From: an uncultured bacterium
GTDB lineage: Bacteria > Planctomycetota > UBA1135 > GCA-002686595
Assembly (NCBI GenBank): GCA_943787795.1
Contig: CALSNU010000007.1
Span: 96,001-160,000 of the forward strand
DNA length: 64,000 nucleotides
Reading direction: 5' to 3'
Shown: positions 9,178 through 16,952 of the stretch, piece after piece
Position numbering within the stretch: the first letter of the stretch is position 1
Layout: each line of letters starts with the position of its first letter
Notes under the pieces: generated by a model
Seen by the model: the letters and a program-made list of their open reading frames with translations, nothing else
Database searches by the model: none
What the model was told of the DNA's origin: nothing
Program-made: the position numbers and the translations under genes

Positions 9178-9534
9178 TCAGCGGTTCATCCACCAGCCCA
9201 TGGCGACCGCGCTCGCGAGGAGCAGCATGGGCTGCCCGACGCGAAAGACCGCCTTCTGGGTCTTGTGCCTGAGGGACTGCATGGCGAGCACCCCCGCCAG
9301 CCCCCCGCCAAGGAGCGAGAGGAGGTGGAGCGTCCACTCGGGCACCCGGAAGCCCTCGCGCCGAGCCTGTCGCTTGTCGACCCACCAGACCGGATAGGTC
9401 ACCAGGTTGATCCCGATCCACCAGCCGATCAGCAGGGCCCCGCCGACGTACTTGTGAAAGACCCACCCGATGGCGGTCGCGATGAGGAGCGCGGGCAAGA
9501 GGGTGTAGCGGACAGGGTGGGCTCGCAGGCTCAT
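9178..9534 (-). CDS. DUF1294 membrane protein
   Basis: INLVTY..WWVDKRQARREGFRVPEWTLHLLSLLGG..G..AMQSLRHKTQK; ATG 9534 overlaps HNH stop (ATGA). Confidence 0.88.
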   Translation of the reverse strand: MSLRAHPVRYTLLPALLIATAIGWVFHKYVGGALLIGWWIGINLVTYPVWWVDKRQARREGFRVPEWTLHLLSLLGGGLAGVLAMQSLRHKTQKAVFRVGQPMLLLASAVAMGWWMNR

Positions 9535-10124
9535 GATGCTTCGACCCAGTTTTGTTCGCCGATGAAGCGTCGCCACGCAGCGGGCTTCTCGGCGCCCGTC
9601 ACCTCGAAGATGGGTGACCAGGCGGGGGGCTTGGGTTCCTGGAGGAGGATCATGCCGACCTCGGAGGCCAGCTTGTTGCCCTTCCGGCGATTGCATCGAA
9701 GGCAGGCGAGGACACAGTTGGCCCAGGAGGTCTCGCCGCCCTTGGAGCGCGGGATGACGTGGTCCACCGACAGCTGCGCCTGGCCCGGCTGCTTCCCGCA
9801 GTACTGGCATCTGGAGAGGTCTCGGCGGATCAGGTTCTTGCGAGTGAACGGCAGGGATTGCCTGGGGATGCCGCTGAAGGAGTTCAGGACGATCACCTCC
9901 GGGACTCGGAGCTCGAGCCGCACGGTCGAGATGGACAGCTCCCCCTCGGGAACCTCCAGCCCAGACCAGCTCTGGAAGTCATGGACCTCAAAGGTGTCTG
10001 GCTGGACGACCATGGCGGCCTCGGAGTAGAGGAGCCGCAGAGCGTTCCTCACGGGGGTGGACGCGATGGCCAGCCAGGCGCGATTCAGCACCAGCGTGTC
10101 TCGGCAAAGCGCTGAGTCCGTCAT
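9531..10124 (-). CDS. HNH endonuclease (McrA/HNH_5-like)
   Basis: LVLN..., RKNLIRRD..CQYCG, SVDHVIPRSKGG..SWANCVLACLRCNRRK. Confidence 0.92.
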   Translation of the reverse strand: MTDSALCRDTLVLNRAWLAIASTPVRNALRLLYSEAAMVVQPDTFEVHDFQSWSGLEVPEGELSISTVRLELRVPEVIVLNSFSGIPRQSLPFTRKNLIRRDLSRCQYCGKQPGQAQLSVDHVIPRSKGGETSWANCVLACLRCNRRKGNKLASEVGMILLQEPKPPAWSPIFEVTGAEKPAAWRRFIGEQNWVEAS

Positions 10125-10345
10125 GGCTTGCGGCGGACCTCGGCGCGCCCTGAGCCAAGGCTCGGTGTCCACTGTTCCTCCTGAGCTCCGCCCATGCCTC
10201 CAGGATAGGTCGAAGGGGCCGGTGATTCATGGTCGGAGACCAGGCTGTCGCAGGCAGCCCCGCACGTCGTCTGAAGCGGGCGGGCAGGCCGATCGAGCGC
10301 TCCCACGTAGTGGATGCTGCCCAGGGTCCTTAGATTGGGAGGCAG

Positions 10346-11017
10346 ATGGCCTCAGACGAGCATGGATCACCGGGGGGCGCCCCGCCCCCCTTCGAAGCCG
10401 AGGGCCCGGAGTCCGAGTGGAAGGAGCGGCTCCCGCGCCCTGAGCGCATCGCGCGGACCATGTCGGCCTTCGCCAACGGCGTCGGCGGCAAGATCTGGGT
10501 CGGGGTGCGGGACGATGGCGCCGTGATCGGTGTCGCTGACGCCGCCGAGACCGCGGGAGAGCTGCGCCGGATCGCGAGTGACCTCGTCGCGCCCTCCCCG
10601 GCGCTCCGGGTGAAGACGGTCCGCTTCGCCCGGGTCGCGCTGGTGGTCGCCGAGGTGGGCGCCTCCGAGGTCCGCCCGGTGTTGGCGCCGGGCAGGGACG
10701 GCAGGCTCGCGCCATTCGTCCGCGACGGATCGTCCACGCGCCCCGCGCCGCGCGCGATCCAGCGGGTCTGGTCGAGAGGTGCATCTCGGGTCTCGCTCGA
10801 CGCGCGCGAACGCCGGCTCCTGCGCGAGATCCGTCTCCGTGCGCAGGACGGAACCTCGGGGCCGGACCTCAAGGAGCTCGCCCGGGCATCGCGGGTGGGG
10901 CAGCGCGCGGCGCGTCGGGCGCTCGTCCAGCTCCAGGCTTCAGGTCTCGTGGCGGAGCGAACCGCGGGGCACTTCGGGCTCACGCCCGAGGGGCACTCGC
11001 GAGCCCGACGTCGTTGA
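10346..11017 (+). CDS. Schlafen/AlbA_2 domain protein with C-terminal winged helix
   Basis: EGPESEWKE, IARTMSAFANGVGGKIWVGVRDDG..IGV; C-terminal LKELARASRVGQRAARRALVQLQASGLV. Confidence 0.8.
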   Translation: MASDEHGSPGGAPPPFEAEGPESEWKERLPRPERIARTMSAFANGVGGKIWVGVRDDGAVIGVADAAETAGELRRIASDLVAPSPALRVKTVRFARVALVVAEVGASEVRPVLAPGRDGRLAPFVRDGSSTRPAPRAIQRVWSRGASRVSLDARERRLLREIRLRAQDGTSGPDLKELARASRVGQRAARRALVQLQASGLVAERTAGHFGLTPEGHSRARRR

Positions 11018-11155
11018 TTGGACTCGACCTACGGCCGATGCCGTCAGCGCGAGGATCAGGGCGCGCCGAATCGTTGGGCCGCGTTACGATGGTCCCTCGC
11101 TTCGTCTCGCTTGAACTCCATCACTGACCGCGGCCCGGGTGGGCCCGGAACCCCC

Positions 11156-12739
11156 ATGTCACGACCGATTCACCGCGCACTGATCTCCGTCTCCGACAAG
11201 AGCGGCCTCGAGAACTTCGCCCGCCAGCTCGCGGACTACGGGGTGGAGCTGCTCTCCACCGGGGGCACCTACCGGGCGCTCGAGGAGGCGGGAATCACCG
11301 TCACGGAGGTGAGCGAGCACACGGGCTTCCCGGAGATGATGGACGGTCGGGTCAAGACCCTTCACCCCACGATCCACGGGGGCCTGCTGTCCGTGAGGGA
11401 CAACGTCGCGCACGTGGCGGCAATGGACGAGCACAAGATCGCGCCGATCGATCTGCTCGTGGTCAACCTCTACCCCTTCGAGGCGACCATCGCGCGCGAG
11501 GGCGCGACCCGGGACGAGTGCGTGGAGCAGATCGACATCGGCGGCCCCGCGATGGTGCGCTCCGCCGCGAAGAACCACCGCTTCGTCGCCGTCGTCACGG
11601 AGCCGGAGCTCTACGGGCGCGTGCTGGATGAGCTCGCCACCAACGAGGGGGGGATGAGCGACGGCTTCCGGCGCGAGCTCGCCCAGCGGGCCTTCTCTCG
11701 TACCGCGGCCTATGACACGGCCATCTCCACTTGGATGTTCCAGCAGGACCACGAGGAGGCCTCGGAGGAGGCCTTCGCGAGCACCTTCGCCCTCGCGGGC
11801 TCGAAGCAGATGGAGCTTCGCTATGGCGAGAACCCCCACCAGAAGGCGGCGTTCTATCGCACCGAGCCCCGCCCCGAGCCTTGCGCGGCCCACGCTGAGG
11901 TCCTGAACGGGAAGGCGCTCTCCTACAACAACCTCGTGGACCTCGACGCGGCTCACGCGCTCGCGGCGGAGTTCGACGGGCCCTTTGTCAGCGTCATCAA
12001 GCACACCAACCCCTGCGGGGCGGCCGAGGGAGCGTCGATCTCGGAGGCGCTCGAGCGCGCCTGGTCAGGCGACCCCATCAGCGCCTTCGGCTCGGTGCTC
12101 GCGTTCACCCGCCCCCTGGACCTGGCCTGCGCCACATTCCTGGTCGAGGGCAATCGCTTCGTCGAGGCGATCATCGCACCGGACTTTGATGACGACGCCT
12201 TCGAGCTGCTGACCCGCAAGCCGAAGTGGGGCAAGAGCGTGAGGCTCCTGGCCTGCGGCGCCTTCGGCCCCTCGTCCCGAGCGGGCGACCAGTACGAGGT
12301 GAAGAAGCTCGCGGGTGGCTTCCTGGTTCAAGACCGTGACCTGTCGATCGAGACCGAGTTTCAGGCGGCCGGTGAGGCTTCGGCGTCAGCGGACCAGCTC
12401 TCCGAGCTCGCGTTCGCGAACAAGATCTCCAAGCACGTCAAGTCCAACGCGATCGTGCTGACGAGTGACCGCACGGTCGTCGGCGTCGGAGCTGGCCAGA
12501 TGAGCCGCGTGGATTCCGTGAGGATCGCCGCCCACAAGGCGGGCGACCGGGCGTCGGGGTCGGTCCTCGCCAGTGATGCGTTCTTCCCGTTCCCCGATGG
12601 GGTCGAGGCGGCCATTGACGTCGGCGTCGCGGCGATCGTTCAGCCCGGCGGTTCTGTCCGGGACGCCGAGGTCGTGAAGGCGGCTGACGCCAAGGGGGTG
12701 CCCATGCTCTTCTCGGGCGCCCGTCACTTCCGCCATTGA
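11156..12739 (+). CDS. purH: Bifunctional AICAR formyltransferase / IMP cyclohydrolase
   Basis: RALISVSDKSGL, GRVKTLHP, IDIGGP, LRYGENPHQ, KHVKSNAI, SDAFFPF, RHFRH. Confidence 0.98.
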   Translation: MSRPIHRALISVSDKSGLENFARQLADYGVELLSTGGTYRALEEAGITVTEVSEHTGFPEMMDGRVKTLHPTIHGGLLSVRDNVAHVAAMDEHKIAPIDLLVVNLYPFEATIAREGATRDECVEQIDIGGPAMVRSAAKNHRFVAVVTEPELYGRVLDELATNEGGMSDGFRRELAQRAFSRTAAYDTAISTWMFQQDHEEASEEAFASTFALAGSKQMELRYGENPHQKAAFYRTEPRPEPCAAHAEVLNGKALSYNNLVDLDAAHALAAEFDGPFVSVIKHTNPCGAAEGASISEALERAWSGDPISAFGSVLAFTRPLDLACATFLVEGNRFVEAIIAPDFDDDAFELLTRKPKWGKSVRLLACGAFGPSSRAGDQYEVKKLAGGFLVQDRDLSIETEFQAAGEASASADQLSELAFANKISKHVKSNAIVLTSDRTVVGVGAGQMSRVDSVRIAAHKAGDRASGSVLASDAFFPFPDGVEAAIDVGVAAIVQPGGSVRDAEVVKAADAKGVPMLFSGARHFRH

Positions 12740-12825
12740 GCCTGCGGGGGCTCGTCGGGCCCGGGGGCGTCCTCTCGCAGGGTTCCGCGCTCAAGGGGCT
12801 TCCCCGCTCTCGGACCCTCTTGCCC

Positions 12826-13683
12826 TCAGGGGGCCTCGTCCGTCGTAGCCCTCTCGTCTAGGAGCGCTCCGTACCCCTCCCGGAAGGATGGATAGCGGAA
12901 CTCGAAGCCGGTCGAGGCGAGCCGTCCGCAGCTCACGCGCCGGTCACCGCTGCCCTGGCGGACGGGTGGGGCCGCCGAGGTCAGGAGCTGGGTGTTGAGC
13001 CGAGACGCGAGCCACTTGAGCACGTCGGAGCGCCGGGCCGGGTGGGGGTCGACGACGTTCAGGACGGGGGGTTGAATCGATCCGGTGGCGAGGTGGACGA
13101 TCGCCCGCGCGGCATCGTCCCGGTGGATCCGGTTCGTCCAGTGCTCGATGGTCGCGGCGGGGAATGGGCGCCCCGAGCGAAGCGCGTCGAGGAGGAAGGT
13201 CCGCCCGGGGCCGTAGATCCCGCCGAGGCGAAGGCTGGTCCCGGTGAACTCGCTCGCGCGGAGCACGTCCTCCGCCTCCAGCATCGCGCGCCCGGTAAAC
13301 GTCGTGGGCTGGACCTCGGTGGTCTCGTCCACCCAGTCGCCCTCCGCGTCCCCGTAGACACCGGTGGAGGACACGAAGAGGGCGCGGGCTCCGCTCGAGC
13401 CACTCTTCTTGACCGCGCGCAACACGTTCGCGAGGCCGATCGGGTACGCATCCTGATAGGCGCCCTCCTCCCTGGCTCCTGCTGAGACGCAGTAGATGAC
13501 CGCGTCGACCGCGGGCGGCAGGATCAGGGACGCAGGGTCGGTGACGTCGCCCTGCAGGAGGGCGACGTCAGGGGGCGCCGGAGCGGCGCTCCGCCGGACT
13601 CCGAACACCTCGTGGCCCCCGTCTGCGGCGAGGGATGCGACCTTCGCGCCGAGGTCGCCGAGGCCGGCGATCAGGATCCGCAT
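12826..13683 (-). CDS. NAD-dependent epimerase/dehydratase (atypical SDR, YeeZ-like)
   Basis: ILIAGLGDLG, FVSSTGVYG, LRLGGIYGPGR, NRIHRDD, YPSFREG. Confidence 0.88.
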   Translation of the reverse strand: MRILIAGLGDLGAKVASLAADGGHEVFGVRRSAAPAPPDVALLQGDVTDPASLILPPAVDAVIYCVSAGAREEGAYQDAYPIGLANVLRAVKKSGSSGARALFVSSTGVYGDAEGDWVDETTEVQPTTFTGRAMLEAEDVLRASEFTGTSLRLGGIYGPGRTFLLDALRSGRPFPAATIEHWTNRIHRDDAARAIVHLATGSIQPPVLNVVDPHPARRSDVLKWLASRLNTQLLTSAAPPVRQGSGDRRVSCGRLASTGFEFRYPSFREGYGALLDERATTDEAP

Positions 13684-13710
13684 TGGACGATCAGAGCCAC
13701 GCCCTTGGGA

Positions 13711-15657
13711 TCAGCGGCGCCGCCTCCGACGGAAGCCGCCGCGCCGACCGCCACCGCGCCGCGGACCTCCGGCGCCGGTCGGCCCGCGGTCACGGCGGAT
13801 CATGGTGGTGGGGTTACGCTCGTCGCGTTGCCCGGCGTTCTTCTCGAACTCCATCGCGACGCCCTCGTGTACGTCGAACGTGGTGGCGTTCGGGTGGATG
13901 GAGATGGCGCCGACATCCGAACCCTGGACGTTGCCTCGCCGGCAGACCTGGGCGAGCACCTTGGACGGGTTGGCGCCCTTGAGCGAGCCCCAGTTGATGA
14001 AGAAGCGCACCATGCCGGGGGCGGAGACGCTCCCTTGGTCGTACCGATCACCGCGTGGTTGGCTGTCGTAGCGCTCGTTTCCGTGACCTGAACCGCCGCC
14101 GACGTCCCGCGCCTTGGCGCGACGCTTCTCACCGAGCCGGGCGAGAAGCGCGGCCACCAGCCGGGGACCCTCGTACTCCTCGAGGAGCGAGTTCGCGTGC
14201 TCCAGCAACACCGCCTTGGGCTCCTTCTGGAGCGCCTTGTCGAGCTCGGCTCCGAGCTTGGCCCTGAAGCGCTCTTGCAGGACCGCTTCGACCTCGGCTG
14301 CGGGGGGGAGCGGGCGCCACTCGAGCTCGACGCGAGCGTCCGCGAGGAGGTAGCTGAGCTTGCGCCGACGGTTCGGCGGCGCGAGCAGGATGCTTCGACC
14401 CGTCTGACCGGCCCGGCCGGTCCGCCCACTCCTGTGAGTGTAGACCTCGGGGTCGATGGGGGGCGAGGTGTGGATGACTGTCGTGACGTCGGGCACGTCC
14501 AGTCCTCGCGCGGCCACGTCGGTGGCGACGAGGATCGTGGCGCGACCGTTCCTGAAGGCCGCCAGCGTGTGGTTGCGTTGGCTCTGCGCCAGCTCGCCGC
14601 TCAAGGGGAGGGCGGAGAAGCCGTCCTCGGAGAGCATGGTCGCGACCTGCGCCGCGTCAGAGCGTCGCTCGACGAACACGAGTACGCGCTCCTCGCCGGC
14701 GAGCAGCAGGAGGTTGACCAGCGCGGTGTAGCGGTCCGAGCGCTGGACGAGGTGTCCGATGTGCTCGATGTTCGCGTTGGCCTCCCCAAGAGCGGTGCCT
14801 TCGACGGACACGGGGTCCCGCTGGTAGCGCTCGGCGAGCCGCTCGATCCCCGGAGGGAACGTGGCGGAGACCATGTGGGTGCGACGCTCGCCGGGCGTCG
14901 CGTCGAGGATGGTCTCTAGGTCCTCGCGGAACCCCATGTCGAGCATCTGGTCCGCCTCGTCGAGCACGAGCTCGCGAGCGTTACCGAGGTCGAGGTTCTC
15001 GTTCGTCAGGTGATCGACGAGGCGCCCAGGGGTCCCGATCAGCACCCGCGGTTCATTGCGCAAGGTGTTCTTGTCCTGGAAGATCGGCGTGCCCCCGGTG
15101 ACGGAGGCGACGATCGTGTCCTCGAGGTCAGCGAAGAGCCAGCGGAGCTCGGTCGAGACCTGCTGCGCGAGCTCTCGGGTCGGCACCACGACCAGCACAT
15201 CCGGGCCACGGTCGCCGCGGGGCTCCACGAGGACGCGAGCGACGACGAGTCCGAGGGCGACGGTCTTGCCGGAGCCGGTCTGGGAGGAGATGCGAAGGTC
15301 GCTGGCACCGGAGTCGGCCGCGAGGACGGCGGACTGGACCTCGGAGAGCTCCGTGAAGCCGCGTCGCTGAAGGGCCGGCTGGAGCGCGGCGGGGACCTTC
15401 TCGAAGGGGCTCGGTTGGGCGTCCTCGACGGCGGCATCCGCCGCGTTCTCTTCATGGGCGTCCTCTCCATGTGCGTGCGAGCCGTGGGAGTCAGCGCCTG
15501 CGTCGTGGGCACCCGCCAGGTCCCCTGCTCCGGGGGCGGCGTGCTCGAGTGACCCCTCTCCAGGCCCCTCTGGGCGTTCTTCGGGCGTGCTCGGCTGACG
15601 CTGCTCGGACGAAAGGTGCTCTTCGGCGCCTTCCGGCGCCGTCATTTCAGGGTCCAT
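13711..15657 (-). CDS. DEAD-box RNA helicase with C-terminal DbpA-type RNA-binding domain
   Basis: QTGSGKT, PTRELA, TPGR, LDEADQMLDMGF, SAT, ATDVAARGLD, HRSGRTGRAG; basic RG-rich tail; start 15657 or 15645. Confidence 0.95.
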   Translation of the reverse strand: MDPEMTAPEGAEEHLSSEQRQPSTPEERPEGPGEGSLEHAAPGAGDLAGAHDAGADSHGSHAHGEDAHEENAADAAVEDAQPSPFEKVPAALQPALQRRGFTELSEVQSAVLAADSGASDLRISSQTGSGKTVALGLVVARVLVEPRGDRGPDVLVVVPTRELAQQVSTELRWLFADLEDTIVASVTGGTPIFQDKNTLRNEPRVLIGTPGRLVDHLTNENLDLGNARELVLDEADQMLDMGFREDLETILDATPGERRTHMVSATFPPGIERLAERYQRDPVSVEGTALGEANANIEHIGHLVQRSDRYTALVNLLLLAGEERVLVFVERRSDAAQVATMLSEDGFSALPLSGELAQSQRNHTLAAFRNGRATILVATDVAARGLDVPDVTTVIHTSPPIDPEVYTHRSGRTGRAGQTGRSILLAPPNRRRKLSYLLADARVELEWRPLPPAAEVEAVLQERFRAKLGAELDKALQKEPKAVLLEHANSLLEEYEGPRLVAALLARLGEKRRAKARDVGGGSGHGNERYDSQPRGDRYDQGSVSAPGMVRFFINWGSLKGANPSKVLAQVCRRGNVQGSDVGAISIHPNATTFDVHEGVAMEFEKNAGQRDERNPTTMIRRDRGPTGAGGPRRGGGRRGGFRRRRRR

Positions 15658-16010
15658 GATGTGGTCCACGTGGGGCTTCTTGCCCCGTAACGGATTGCGG
15701 CGTCTTCGCCGCTCTGAAGGACCTGTCGATGGCCCCGATGATGATGATCGCGCTTCTTTGCTCCGGACTTTCAACGCCGGGCCGTTTCTCGCGCTTGCTC
15801 TGACACGAGCGTAGCCCCGTGTCCGAGGCGAATGTGGAGGACGGGGCGAGAAGGTCGGGATTCCCTGGACGGAACGACCGATTCGCCTCAGATCGAGCGC
15901 CAGGGGGATGCTCGCCGGCGCCGACTTGAGGAGCAGCCAGGGTTGCGGGGTCAGGGCGCAGCTCGGCCCAGTTGGCACGCTCGGAGCGGGTGATCGGATA
16001 GAACGAGGGA

Positions 16011-16952
16011 ATGAAGAAGCCCTTCCATGGCCTCGTTGCAGCGCCGCACACGCCCTTCGTCGATGAGAACGGTCAGGGCGGTGCCGTGCACCTTGGGGCC
16101 GTCCCGGCGCAGGCGGAGCACCTGGCCCGGGATGGGGTCAGCGCGGTCTTCGTGGCCGGCGCGACGGGTGAAGGCGCTTCACTCGGTCTGGATGAGAAGC
16201 GAGACCTGTTCGAGGCCTGGGCCGAGGCTGGGCCGGCGGCAGGCCTCCGCGTCATCGCCCAGGTCGGCGGAGAGAGCCTGCGCGACGCTTCGCGCCTGGC
16301 CGAGTTCGCCGCTGGCCTTCAGGGCGTGGAGGCGCTGGGTGCGATCTCGCCCTGCTTCTACCGGCCGGCATCCGCGGAGCTCGTGGCGCGCTCCATCGGC
16401 GAGATCGCCGCGGCGGCTGGCGACCGCGCGCTGTACTACTACGACATCCCGGCGCTCACGGGCCTCCCCTTCAGCGGCCGGGAGCTCGCGCGGGCGTTTG
16501 GCGAGCACGCCCCCGGGCTGCGTGGGATCAAGTGCAGCCGGTACGAGGGCTGGCATGTGCAGGACTATCTGAGCGCGCACGGCGGCGCATACGACGTGCT
16601 CTGCGGGACGGATGAGGCCCTGCTCTCTGCCCTGAGCCTCGGGGTGGAGGGTGCGGTCGGCAGCACCTACAACTTCGCCGCGCCGCTGTTTCATCGGATC
16701 ATGGCGGCGCACGCGGCCGGCGAGATGCAGCGTGCCCGCGAGTTACAACGGGTCTCGATTGACCTCGTCCAGACCCTCGCGTCCTTCGGCTACATGGCCG
16801 CCGCGCGCCGCACGATGGCGCGGCTCGGCGTCCCGCTCGGGCCCCCGCGGCTCCCGATCGCTGGTCTCAATTCAGAGGGCAGCTCGCGGCTCGACGCGGC
16901 GCTCGACGCGCTCGATCTTGAAGGGACCGTCCGCGCTGGGGTGGACCGTTGA
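16011..16952 (+). CDS. nanA: N-acetylneuraminate lyase (DHDPS/NAL family)
   Basis: GLVAAPHTPF, GATGEG, YYDIPALTG, GIKCS, GTDE, GAVGSTYNF; adjacent to sialic acid-type SSS. Confidence 0.82.
   Translation: MKKPFHGLVAAPHTPFVDENGQGGAVHLGAVPAQAEHLARDGVSAVFVAGATGEGASLGLDEKRDLFEAWAEAGPAAGLRVIAQVGGESLRDASRLAEFAAGLQGVEALGAISPCFYRPASAELVARSIGEIAAAAGDRALYYYDIPALTGLPFSGRELARAFGEHAPGLRGIKCSRYEGWHVQDYLSAHGGAYDVLCGTDEALLSALSLGVEGAVGSTYNFAAPLFHRIMAAHAAGEMQRARELQRVSIDLVQTLASFGYMAAARRTMARLGVPLGPPRLPIAGLNSEGSSRLDAALDALDLEGTVRAGVDR

Noticed and set aside
11018..11155. ZTP (pfl) riboswitch upstream of purH
   Set aside because: No GACTGGCG / GCCTGGGC core; the track's N-terminal extension from 11018 is also unlikely to be real.
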